From positions 1 through 48,559 of the forward strand of contig QWRL01000001.1 in assembly GCA_003670425.1 (NCBI GenBank): DNA of 48,559 nt, read 5' to 3'. Below the pieces are notes generated by a model, which saw only the letters and a program-made list of their open reading frames with translations, was not told the DNA's origin and ran no database searches. Position numbers and translations under genes: made by a program. This DNA is from Chloroflexota bacterium (GTDB lineage: Bacteria; Chloroflexota; Anaerolineae; Anaerolineales; UBA11657). Shown piece after piece: positions 7,938-15,927 of this stretch (positions within the stretch are counted from its first letter, which is position 1; each line of letters opens with the position of its first letter).

Positions 7938-10200
7938 AGTCTTGCGGGATGTTGGCAGACTGCGGGCCGGCTTGAGCCATCAACTTCAATACCGGCAGCA
8001 GTGCCAGCCACCATTGCTCGCGCGGCCGCGCTGTCACCGCATCCATCATGGCGGGAAACTCGGCCAGCGGCGTAAACTGCACTTGGCCCGCGCGCAGCCC
8101 GATGAATGCGCCGGCGGGCTCGGCCTGCAGGCCCTGCTCATAAATATAGTCAAGGCAGCGCGTGGCAAGGCGCGTTGCTTGAATGCGGTCAAACGGGGAG
8201 GGGTCTCCGCCCTGCTGCAAATGCCCCAGGATTGCGTAGCGCGCCTCAAAGATGCCGCGCCCCTCTTCTGCAAACAGCCGCCACATGAAGCGCGTGTCAT
8301 AAACCGCGTTGCAATATTCGTTGCGAATGATCAGGCCTAATTTTTTGTCCTGCTTGAATCCAGATGCCATAGCCTGCACATCGGCCTGCAGTTCTGCCAG
8401 ATGCACGCCCTGCTCGTGCAGATACACGCGCTCGGCGCCGGTTGCCATGCCGGCCATCAGCGCAAGGTAGCCGCAGTAGCGCCCCATCACTTCCACCACC
8501 ATCACGCGCCGGGACGCCACGGCAGATTGCTTGATTTTGTCCACGGCGTCGACGATGTTGTTGAGCGCCGTGTCCGTTCCAATGCTCAGGTCGGAGCCGG
8601 GCAGGTCGTTGTCAATTGTGGCCGGCAGGCACACCAGTGGAATGCGGAACTCCGGGTGGTTGGCGCGCTGCTGCAGCAAGCCGTGCGCTGCGCGGTACGC
8701 GCTGTAGCCACCCACCAGCAGCAGGGCCTGCACATTTTGCGCAGCGAAAGTGCGCGCGATTGCCGCGTAGTCGGCAGCGGCCAGCAATTTGCGGTTAGTT
8801 CCCAGCTGGGCGCCGCCCATGTGCGCCCAGCCGTTCACGCTCATCCACGTCAGCTCGCTCACGCGGTTTTCAATCATGCCATGTACGCCATCCGCAATGC
8901 CAAGCATGGTGTGGCCCTGATCTATGCCCACGCGCACCGCTGCGCGCACGGCGGTGTTCATGCCGGCAGCGGGCCCGCCACTGGTGACGATGGCAATGCG
9001 CATTTGGCGGCGCCCGGGCTGCGGTGCGTGCGGGAGGGCGCGCACCAGTGTGCGCACGGTGCGAAATGCATTGCGAAAGCTGCCGCCGCGCAGCTCCATG
9101 GCGCGTTCGTAATCTGCGGAGTTCATGGCAGCTGCAATTGCCTGCACCGTGGCAAGGCATTCATGCAGCGGCGTGATGACCGCGCGGTTGCCGCGAATCC
9201 CCACCAGCTGCGGCTGCGTGCCGGGCTGCGCCTGCAGCAAGTGCGTTACAGCTGCGCACCCGAGAATTGTGCTCAGGTTGCGGTCAAAGGCGCTGGGCGA
9301 TCCGCCGCGCTGCACGTGGCCAAGAATTGTCAGGCGCACTTCTTCCTGCAGGTGCTCCTCGAGCGCGGCCTTCACCTCGCTCGTGCTGATTGGGTTGCCG
9401 TGCCGGTCGCGCGCACCCTCCGCCACAATCACCATGCTGTCTCGCCGGCCAATTGAGCGCCCGGCACGCAGCACGCTGCTCATTTTTTGCTGCCAATCAT
9501 CCAGGTTTGGCGGGCTTTCCGGTATCAACACCCAGTCTGCGCCGGTGGCCAGCGCACTCATCAGCGCCAGATACCCGCAGCTGCGGCCCATCACCTCCAC
9601 CACAAAGCTGCGTTGATGGCTGGCTGCAGTGCTGGTGATGGCGTCGACTGCATTTGTGATGCGATGCAAGGCGCTGTCCGCGCCGATGCTGATGTCGGTT
9701 CCGGGGATGTCGTTATCGATGGAGCCCGGCAAGCCGGCGACATACAGCTGCGGAAAACGGGCTGCCGTGCCTGCCGGCACGCTGCCGTCGGCCACCAGCT
9801 CGCGCAGCAGCTCCGGCCACTCCGTGTGCAGCAGTTGTGCGCCGGTCAGGCTGCCGTCTCCACCCACCACCACCAGCCGGTCAATGCCGGCCCGCAGCAG
9901 GTTGGCTGCGGCGCGTGTGCGCCCGGCACGCGTGAGGAATTCTGCGCTGCGCGCGGTGCCAATTATGGTGCCGCCTCTTTGGATGATGTTGCTGACGCTT
10001 TCCCAGTGCAGCTGGCGGATTTTGTCGGCGCCGTCAATCAGGCCCTGCAGGCCCTCATAGATTGCAAAGGCCTCCGCGCCGCGGTCAAGCGCTGAGCGCA
10101 CCACGGCCCGCACCGCGGCGTTCATGCCGGGTGCGTCGCCGCCGCTCGTCAACACGCCAATGCGTATTACAGGTTTGTCGGGTGCCGGCGGGTTAGCCAT
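7936..10200 (-). CDS. pfk: 6-phosphofructokinase, long tandem-duplicated (eukaryote-type) form, 754 aa
   Basis: Two PFK units. N half: RIGVLTSGGDAPGMNAAVR, VVGGDGSLTGA, GLPGSIDNDIPGTDISIG, VMGRSCGYLAL, GHVQRGGSPSAFDR. C half: RIAIVTSGGPAAGMNTAVR, VGGYSAY, LPATIDNDLPGSDLSIG, VMGRYCGYLAL, GHLQQGGDPSPFDR. Start moved to ATG 10200 (MANPPAPDKPVIRIGVL), which overlaps the upstream stop as TAATG. The 47 extra aa of the track ORF are Arg-rich shadow. Confidence 0.9.
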   Translation of the reverse strand: MANPPAPDKPVIRIGVLTSGGDAPGMNAAVRAVVRSALDRGAEAFAIYEGLQGLIDGADKIRQLHWESVSNIIQRGGTIIGTARSAEFLTRAGRTRAAANLLRAGIDRLVVVGGDGSLTGAQLLHTEWPELLRELVADGSVPAGTAARFPQLYVAGLPGSIDNDIPGTDISIGADSALHRITNAVDAITSTAASHQRSFVVEVMGRSCGYLALMSALATGADWVLIPESPPNLDDWQQKMSSVLRAGRSIGRRDSMVIVAEGARDRHGNPISTSEVKAALEEHLQEEVRLTILGHVQRGGSPSAFDRNLSTILGCAAVTHLLQAQPGTQPQLVGIRGNRAVITPLHECLATVQAIAAAMNSADYERAMELRGGSFRNAFRTVRTLVRALPHAPQPGRRQMRIAIVTSGGPAAGMNTAVRAAVRVGIDQGHTMLGIADGVHGMIENRVSELTWMSVNGWAHMGGAQLGTNRKLLAAADYAAIARTFAAQNVQALLLVGGYSAYRAAHGLLQQRANHPEFRIPLVCLPATIDNDLPGSDLSIGTDTALNNIVDAVDKIKQSAVASRRVMVVEVMGRYCGYLALMAGMATGAERVYLHEQGVHLAELQADVQAMASGFKQDKKLGLIIRNEYCNAVYDTRFMWRLFAEEGRGIFEARYAILGHLQQGGDPSPFDRIQATRLATRCLDYIYEQGLQAEPAGAFIGLRAGQVQFTPLAEFPAMMDAVTARPREQWWLALLPVLKLMAQAGPQSANIPQD

Positions 10201-11510
10201 TAATATCCGGGAGTAGGAGTCAGTGAGCCTTCGGGCTGGGGCGTCGGAGGCTCGCTCGTAGCGGCGGGCTTGGTGGAGCTTGCGGGCTTGCTTGCCTCGG
10301 GAGTGTTGGTCTCTGCGCTTGGGGTTCCTCCCTGTTCGCAAATTGCCCGGCCCTCGGCCACAATGTTCTGCACCACCTCGTCATCCGCGGAAAACGCCGC
10401 CACCTGGCTGAACACCGGCAGCGCGCGGTCACACTTGAGGTAGGCTGCCAGCACAGAACCGTAGGTGTAATAGTACTCAAGTGTTTCCTGCTTTAGCGGC
10501 AAGCCGCTCACCACCGCAGCAGTCAAAGGGTGGGTGCAGCCATCAATTGCGCAGCCGAGGTCCGTCACCGCTCCTTCATAGTTTAATGCTTTGAACTCTA
10601 CCAGCCCAAGCCGCCCGTAAATGTCCGGGTTGGTTGGCTCCAGCTCCAGCGCAGTTTCCACGTACTGCGCAGCGCGCTGATATTCGCCGGTTTGAAAGTA
10701 AGTGCGCGCAATTGAAAGCAGCGGCGCAGTGTCTTTGGGATCCAGTGCGCTCGCCCGTTGAAAATATTCCACCGCAGTCTCGTACTGGCCCAGCACACGG
10801 TAGCTAAGCCCAAGGCGCATGTATAGCAAGCCCAGGTTGGGATTGATGGTGGCCGCAGTTTGGTAGGCAATGATGGCATCCTCGTACGCTGCAACGCTTT
10901 CCAAATAGTAGCCGTACGCGCGCTGCACATCCATGCTGTTGGGGTTGAGGCTGATTGCCAGGCGGGCTTCATCACCGGCTTGCGCATACTTTTGCAAATC
11001 CGTGAGGATCTCGGCGTAATACGCATGCGCAAGCGCATTGTTCGGGTCAAGCTGAATGGCGCGCACGCTGGCGCGGCTGCCCTCCTCGTAGTCGCCGGTC
11101 CAGTCCAGTGCAAAGGCGCGCACGGCATGCGCGCCGCTGTCTTCCGGCAGCACAAGCACTGCCGTGTTGGCGGACTCAAGGCCTGCGTCCGTATCACCCG
11201 CATAAACTTGCAGGCGCGCCAGCTTTACCCAGTATGCCGCGTTCGCCGGCTCCGCCTCCGTTGCTTTTTGATACGACTCAATTGCGCGCCGCAGCCGGCC
11301 AGCGGAGAAGTGCGCCTCTGCTTCCTCTGCAAACGACACGGCGCTGCGTGTGGCGGTGGGCGTGGCCATCAACATGGGGCGCACATTGCCCTGATGCTGC
11401 TGGCTGATTACATAGATGCCAAGCACAATCAGCGCAAGATACAGCGCCACACGCCCCGGCCGGCTGCGCTTCTGGCGCCGCAAAGTAAATTTCCCGCGAT
11501 CTAGATACAT
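10200..11510 (-). CDS. membrane-anchored tetratricopeptide (TPR) repeat protein
   Basis: 436 aa. N-terminal basic stretch plus TM (VALYLALIVLGIYVI). At least 7 TPR-like 34-aa repeats (A..Y.KA....P.NA.A...LA..). PT/PE-rich C-terminal tail. Confidence 0.8.
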   Translation of the reverse strand: MYLDRGKFTLRRQKRSRPGRVALYLALIVLGIYVISQQHQGNVRPMLMATPTATRSAVSFAEEAEAHFSAGRLRRAIESYQKATEAEPANAAYWVKLARLQVYAGDTDAGLESANTAVLVLPEDSGAHAVRAFALDWTGDYEEGSRASVRAIQLDPNNALAHAYYAEILTDLQKYAQAGDEARLAISLNPNSMDVQRAYGYYLESVAAYEDAIIAYQTAATINPNLGLLYMRLGLSYRVLGQYETAVEYFQRASALDPKDTAPLLSIARTYFQTGEYQRAAQYVETALELEPTNPDIYGRLGLVEFKALNYEGAVTDLGCAIDGCTHPLTAAVVSGLPLKQETLEYYYTYGSVLAAYLKCDRALPVFSQVAAFSADDEVVQNIVAEGRAICEQGGTPSAETNTPEASKPASSTKPAATSEPPTPQPEGSLTPTPGY

Positions 11511-11601
11511 GCGCTGGTTGGATTACCTGTGTCAGCTTCAATGATACCGTCTAACACCATGGCAATGCGGCTGGTTTGCAATTGTTCGCAAAGTTATAAT
11601 T

Positions 11602-12579
11602 GTGTTTGTCTTGGAAGCACCACAGTCAACTGCGCCTGCAAACCGGCCACTTAGAAGTGCCTGGGTGTCGATTGGGCTGCCGCTTGCTGCCGTCCTGCTG
11701 GCGGCTGCGCTAGCCGGCTATGGCGGCTACTATGCCGGCACTGAGAACCGCCAGCGCGCAGCAGCCACCGAACTGGCGCGTGATTTTGCGGAGCAGTTTG
11801 GAATGGCACAGCGCGACTTTGAAGGCGGCCAGCCGCTGCTTGCACTGCAGCGGCTGCAGTACATTGAGCGCTATGCACCGCAGTACCCCGGCCTGGCGGA
11901 ATTGCTGGCCCGCGTGCGTGCCGCCGGACAGCCCACCGCAATTGCTGCGCCTGCCACACAACCCGCTGCGCCGGCCACTGCGCTGCCCACAGACCCGGCC
12001 GAGCTGTTTGCCAAACTGCAAGCAGCCTACAAGGCGGATGATTGGCCCGCTGTGGTGCAGCTTGCCACGGCATTGCACGCCAGTGCGCCTGAATATGAAA
12101 GCGGCACGGTTGGCGCCCAACTATTTGTGGGGCTGCGCAATCGTGGCACGGAAGCAATCGAAAATCGCAGCTTGGGGCCCGGCATCATGTGGCTTGAGCG
12201 CGCCCAAGAACTGGCACCGCTTGATAGCGGCGCCAGCGCGTTGCTGCAGTGGGCAAAAATTTACACGCTGGCAAACTCGTGGTGGGGAATTAACTGGCCG
12301 TATGCAATTGGGCAATATAGCGAGTTGTACCGGGCGGCGCCCAACTTTATGGACACGCGCGTGCGCTTGCGCCAGGCATACGCGGAATATGGGGCGCAGC
12401 TGTTGAGCAGCGATGCATGCGCTGCGCAGCTGCAGTTTGCGGCTGCGCTGGAGCTGGAGGCAATGCCCGAGCTGGAGGCGCAGCGTTTGGCAGCAGAACA
12501 GGCATGCGCGCTGCTGGCGGCGGCCGCAACGCCGGCGGTTGAAGAAACGCCTGCCGCCACGCCAACACCAACCCCATGA
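11602..12579 (+). CDS. hypothetical single-pass membrane protein with helical-repeat (TPR-like) ectodomain/endodomain
   Basis: 325 aa with good GC3 bias. TM WVSIGLPLAAVLLAAALAGYGGYYAG, PA-rich spacers and helical repeats. The GTG start at 11602 is uncertain: a TATAAT sits at 11595-11600 directly in front of it. Confidence 0.6.
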   Translation: MFVLEAPQSTAPANRPLRSAWVSIGLPLAAVLLAAALAGYGGYYAGTENRQRAAATELARDFAEQFGMAQRDFEGGQPLLALQRLQYIERYAPQYPGLAELLARVRAAGQPTAIAAPATQPAAPATALPTDPAELFAKLQAAYKADDWPAVVQLATALHASAPEYESGTVGAQLFVGLRNRGTEAIENRSLGPGIMWLERAQELAPLDSGASALLQWAKIYTLANSWWGINWPYAIGQYSELYRAAPNFMDTRVRLRQAYAEYGAQLLSSDACAAQLQFAAALELEAMPELEAQRLAAEQACALLAAAATPAVEETPAATPTPTP

Positions 12580-12667
12580 GCTGCGCGTTGGGGCGGTGCG
12601 CGCGCTGCAGCAATGGCTTCACAAACACGCCGCTGGGTACTGCTGCAGCTGCCGGCGGGCTGCAGAC

Positions 12668-12696
12668 TTGACGCTCATGCAGCGCATGGCTATACT
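12668..12696 (+). promoter_or_regulatory. sigma70-type promoter of the tRNA-Pro/tRNA-Gly unit (TTGACG-17 nt-TATACT)
   Basis: TTGACG at 12668-12673, a 17-nt spacer, then TATACT at 12691-12696. The mature tRNA-Pro 5' end lies 10 nt downstream. Confidence 0.6.
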
Positions 12697-12705
12697 GCTC
12701 ATCTT

Positions 12706-12778
12706 CGGGGTGTGGCGCAGTTGGTAGCGCACCGCGTTTGGGACGCGGGGGCCCGCGGTTCGAGTCCGCGCACCCCGA
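12706..12778 (+). tRNA. tRNA-Pro (anticodon TGG)
   Basis: Cloverleaf by hand: acceptor CGGGGTG/CACCCCG (C1:G72, typical of bacterial tRNA-Pro), D arm GCGC-AGTTGGTA-GCGC, anticodon arm CCGCG-TTTGGGA-CGCGG, T arm CGCGG-TTCGAGT-CCGCG, discriminator A. No encoded CCA. Confidence 0.92.
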
Positions 12779-12785
12779 CTGGCCG

Positions 12786-12857
12786 GCGGGCGTCGCCAAG
12801 TGGTAAGGCATCAGCCTTCCAAGCTGATATTCACGGGTTCGAATCCCGTCGCCCGCT
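12786..12857 (+). tRNA. tRNA-Gly (anticodon TCC)
   Basis: Acceptor GCGGGCG/CGCCCGC, anticodon arm TCAGC-CTTCCAA-GCTGA, T arm ACGGG-TTCGAAT-CCCGT, discriminator T. It lies 7 nt after tRNA-Pro. No encoded CCA. Confidence 0.9.
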
Positions 12858-12868
12858 CTAGCGACTTC

Positions 12869-12898
12869 GAAGCGCATCAATGCATGCGCTTCTTTTTT
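12869..12898 (+). terminator. intrinsic terminator after tRNA-Pro/Gly
   Basis: Perfect 9-bp stem GAAGCGCAT / ATGCGCTTC with a 6-nt loop, followed by TTTTTT (12893-12898). Confidence 0.8.
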
Positions 12899-12954
12899 GC
12901 CAGCACTTTGTTCTTGCAACACTGCCGCCCAGCCGCGCGCTTTGCTTCCCGCAA

Positions 12955-12963
12955 TGGTATTAT
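12955..12963 (+). promoter_or_regulatory. candidate extended -10 promoter (TGgTATTAT) for tRNA-Met
   Basis: TGGTATTAT lies 23 nt upstream of tRNA-Met and downstream of the Pro/Gly terminator. No good -35. The same TGgTA..AT form occurs upstream of rpmB. Confidence 0.35.
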
Positions 12964-12986
12964 TTACCCGCACAGCATATGCAAAG

Positions 12987-13058
12987 GGGCTTGTAGCTCA
13001 ATGGCAGAGCAGCCGGCTCATAACCGGTAGGTTCCAGGTTCGAATCCTGGCGGGCCCA
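12987..13058 (+). tRNA. tRNA-Met (anticodon CAT; elongator type, tRNA-Ile2/lysidine not excluded)
   Basis: Acceptor GGGCTTG/CGGGCCC (two G-U pairs, 1:72 paired so not an initiator), D arm GCTC-AATGGCA-GAGC, anticodon arm GCCGG-CTCATAA-CCGGT, T arm CCAGG-TTCGAAT-CCTGG, discriminator A. Confidence 0.88.
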
Positions 13059-13128
13059 CAACCCGCACTTTCCAATCCACCACGCTCCACTATTTTTTCA
13101 TGCCCGCCAACTAAAATGAGTCGCTGAA

Positions 13129-13896
13129 ATGTCACGCCGCCGCATGGGAGAGTTTCTGATACTTAACGCGATTGTGTCGTGCGCGGTGAGTCTGGCTGTG
13201 CTGCTTACGTGGAGCTACTGCTGCCAGACCGAAATGGGACGCGCGCCAATCCCAACCCCGGATGCGACGCTGGCTGCCATTCAGATGGCAACCAATGCCG
13301 CCCTGCCGCAGACGCCTGTGCCTAGCCCTACCCCGCTAATTCACGTGGTGCGCCGCAATGAAACCATGGGGATTATTTCCAACTCGTACGGAATTACCGT
13401 CCAGGAATTGTTAACCGCCAATGGGCTGACAGACCCCAATTCGCTCGACGTGGGCCAGATGCTTGTGATTCCTGCGCCGCCCACGGCTCTGCCGGCAACC
13501 AGCCTGCCGCAAGAGACGGCTGCTGCCGGAGCGGGCAGCACTCAGGCTGCGCCGCTGGCACCGGCCACAACATCACCACTGACAGACCGGCCGCAGCTCA
13601 CAATCGTTGGTGTGAACAATGCCGGCGCGTACGAACAAGAGCAGGTGGTCCTCGTTAATTCCGGTGGCTCGGTTAGTTTGGCGGGCTGGCAGCTTGCCGG
13701 CCCGGATGATGCGGCGTACAAGTTTCCCGCGCTGCGGCTGAACAACAAGGGGCGCGTGGCGCTGCACTCTGCTGCCGGACAGGATACGGTGATTGACTTG
13801 TACTGGGCGCGGGCTGGTGCGGTATGGAAGAGCGGGGCGCAAGTGCGCCTGATTGACGCGCAAGGCACAGTGCACGCCACCTTTGCGGTGCCATAG
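13129..13896 (+). CDS. membrane-anchored LysM domain / lamin-tail-domain (LTD) protein
   Basis: 255 aa. N-terminal TM (FLILNAIVSCAVSLAVLLTW). LysM (IHVVRRNETMGIISNSYGITVQELLTANGL...VGQMLVIP). PA/PT linker. C-terminal LTD-like beta domain (LTIVGVNNAG..EQEQVVLVNSGGSVSLAGWQL...). Confidence 0.75.
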   Translation: MSRRRMGEFLILNAIVSCAVSLAVLLTWSYCCQTEMGRAPIPTPDATLAAIQMATNAALPQTPVPSPTPLIHVVRRNETMGIISNSYGITVQELLTANGLTDPNSLDVGQMLVIPAPPTALPATSLPQETAAAGAGSTQAAPLAPATTSPLTDRPQLTIVGVNNAGAYEQEQVVLVNSGGSVSLAGWQLAGPDDAAYKFPALRLNNKGRVALHSAAGQDTVIDLYWARAGAVWKSGAQVRLIDAQGTVHATFAVP

Positions 13897-13920
13897 CATG
13901 CAGTTGGAACAGCAGGCCGC

Positions 13921-15504
13921 ATGACCCGTTCACAATCCCTCTACCTAAAGTGGCGTCCCACGCAGTTTGACGGTGTGGTTGGGCAGCAGCATGTGGTGCA
14001 AACGCTGCTCAACGCACTGCGGGCCGGGCGCCCTTCGCATGCGTATTTATTTGCCGGCCCGCGCGGAACCGGCAAGACCAGTGTGGCGCGTTTGCTGGCG
14101 AAGGCGTTGAACTGTACAAATGCAGATGCGGCTGCGCGCCCCTGTGGAAACTGTCCGCCATGCCAGGCCGTGGCTGAAGGGCGCTTTCTGGACTTGATTG
14201 AAATTGACGCGGCGTCCAATAACAGCGTTGAGCATGTGCGCGACCTGCGCGACAAGATCAACTTTTCGCCGTCGATCGGGCGCTACAAGGTGTACATCAT
14301 TGATGAGGTGCACATGCTCTCAGATGCAGCGTTCAACGCGCTGCTGAAGACGCTGGAGGAGCCGCCGCCTTACGCAATTTTTGTGCTGGCCACAACCGAG
14401 GCGCACAAGGTGCCCGCCACGGTTGCCTCGCGCTGCCAGCAGCATATTTTCCGGCGCATCGCGCTGCCGGAGATGGTGCAGCGCTTGCAGGAAATTACCG
14501 GAGCCGAGGGCCTGGTTGTGGAGCCGGCGGTGCTGGAGCTGGTTGCACGCCAGTCCACCGGCAGCCTGCGCGATGCCATCAGCCTGCTGGACCAGCTGGT
14601 TGCCTCCACTGTCGGCGCGCTTACGCTGCAGCAGGCGCAATCCGTGGTGGGCTCCGCCAACGAGCAGCTGCTGGCCATGTTGGTGCAGGCATTGGCCGAC
14701 GACCGCACGGCTGCGGGGCTTGACCTGATCAACGAAGCGATGGACCAGGGAACGGACCCGCGCCAGTTTGCGCGCCAGATTGTGGACTACTTGCGCGGCG
14801 TGATGTTGTGCAAGGTGGGGCATGCGCAGGGCACGGCAGCGCAGCACGCATCTGAAACAACCGCCACCATGCAGGCACTGGCGGCCCACTTTGATTTGGC
14901 GCAGCTGGCTGCGGCCATGCGTGCATTTGATGAGGCCGGCCGCGAGCGGCGCGGTGGCTGGCTGGCGCAGCTGCCGTTGGAGCTGGCGCTGCTGAACTGG
15001 CGCACCTATGCAGCTGGAGCACATGCCCCGGCTGCGCATGTGGCGCGGCCGCCGGCTGCTGCCCCCAAGCCGGCAGCAACCGTTGCACGAATTCAGCCAG
15101 TCCCCGTTGCGGTGCCGGCGGCTGTGAAAGCTCCGTCGCCAGAGCCAGTGCAAGCAGCGGCGGAAGTTCCTGAGGTGTCGCGCCATTGGCCGGTGGTGAT
15201 CCAAAACTGCAAGGCGCTGCATCATTCCATGCCGGCGCTGCTGGAGTATTGCAGTCCGCTGCGCATTGATGGCGATACTTTGCTGCTGGGTGTGACGACC
15301 GCCTTTGCCCACCAGAAACTGGACACGGAAGAGATGCGTGAGCGCTTGCGCGAGGCAGTTCTGCGCGCAACCGGGCATGCGCTTAAGATGCGCTTCGTAC
15401 ACTCGGCGGCGCATATTTCAGAGCTGCCGCCGGAGGTTGCGAGTGACGGCGTGGTAGCGGCGGCTGTCAAGCTCGGGGCACGCGCCCGCGAACGCGGGCG
15501 ATAA
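13921..15504 (+). CDS. dnaX: DNA polymerase III subunit gamma/tau
   Basis: 527 aa. LYLKWRPTQFDGVVGQQHV, Walker A GPRGTGKTS, Zn module CGNCPPC, DEVHML, SRCQ. Confidence 0.93.
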   Translation: MTRSQSLYLKWRPTQFDGVVGQQHVVQTLLNALRAGRPSHAYLFAGPRGTGKTSVARLLAKALNCTNADAAARPCGNCPPCQAVAEGRFLDLIEIDAASNNSVEHVRDLRDKINFSPSIGRYKVYIIDEVHMLSDAAFNALLKTLEEPPPYAIFVLATTEAHKVPATVASRCQQHIFRRIALPEMVQRLQEITGAEGLVVEPAVLELVARQSTGSLRDAISLLDQLVASTVGALTLQQAQSVVGSANEQLLAMLVQALADDRTAAGLDLINEAMDQGTDPRQFARQIVDYLRGVMLCKVGHAQGTAAQHASETTATMQALAAHFDLAQLAAAMRAFDEAGRERRGGWLAQLPLELALLNWRTYAAGAHAPAAHVARPPAAAPKPAATVARIQPVPVAVPAAVKAPSPEPVQAAAEVPEVSRHWPVVIQNCKALHHSMPALLEYCSPLRIDGDTLLLGVTTAFAHQKLDTEEMRERLREAVLRATGHALKMRFVHSAAHISELPPEVASDGVVAAAVKLGARARERGR

Positions 15505-15567
15505 AGTTAACTTCATTGCATGCTTGGTGTGGCTGGTACATTGGCATGCGCATTAGAGAGGAAACAC

Positions 15568-15927
15568 ATGGCAAAAGGCAAAGGCAATATGGCGCGGCCG
15601 GGTCCGCAGCGCGGCGGCGGTGGCGCTGGCGGAGACATGATGGCGCGCCTGCAGCAAGTGCAGGCGCAGATGCAGCAGGCGCAAGTTGAGCTGGCGGATG
15701 AGTACATATCCGTCTCATCCGGCGGCGGTGCGGTAACAATCGAAATTTCTGGCGTGCAGCGCGTGCGCGCCGTGCGCATTGTGCCGGAGTTTCTGCAAAG
15801 CGGCGATGCAGAAATGCTTGGTGACATTCTGGTTGTGGCCATGAATGCTGCGCTTGAACAATCCCAAGGCATGGCAGCGGGGCGCCTTGGCCCGCTAACC
15901 GGCAAACTTTCTTTGCCGGGCATGTAA
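15568..15927 (+). CDS. ybaB: nucleoid-associated protein YbaB/EbfC family
   Basis: 119 aa from ATG 15568, preceded by GAGAGGA. MMARLQQVQAQMQQAQVEL....GGGAVTIEISG...I.PE.L..GD.EML.DL...A.N.A. Conserved dnaX-ybaB-recR order. Confidence 0.9.
   Translation: MAKGKGNMARPGPQRGGGGAGGDMMARLQQVQAQMQQAQVELADEYISVSSGGGAVTIEISGVQRVRAVRIVPEFLQSGDAEMLGDILVVAMNAALEQSQGMAAGRLGPLTGKLSLPGM

Noticed and set aside
8401-9456. 351-aa + strand ORF inside the PFK gene
   Set aside because: Antisense to a gene with unmistakable PFK motifs along its whole length. The His/Ala/Arg-rich product has no motifs.
12347-12973. 208-aa minus-strand ORF spanning the tRNA-Pro/Gly cluster (plus small + ORFs at 12613-13127)
   Set aside because: It runs through two well-formed tRNA genes, a promoter and a terminator, so it is not plausible coding sequence.
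12580-13128. tRNA cluster as an integration hotspot or genomic island boundary
   Set aside because: There is no integrase, no direct repeat of a tRNA 3' end and no compositional break adjacent to the cluster. The flanking genes are ordinary.
13897-13920. SRP (4.5S/scRNA) gene upstream of dnaX, as in Bacillus
   Set aside because: Only 24 nt separate the LysM-LTD gene from dnaX, and no GGAA/AGCA domain IV motif is seen in the 13059-13128 or 16551-16700 gaps.
14320-15414. 364-aa antisense ORF inside dnaX
   Set aside because: Shadow ORF, Arg/His/Gln/Leu-rich, opposite a confidently assigned gene.
13921-15504. Programmed -1 frameshift site for a gamma subunit in dnaX
   Set aside because: No A-rich slippery heptamer (A AAA AAG / A7-type run) was visible in the gene.
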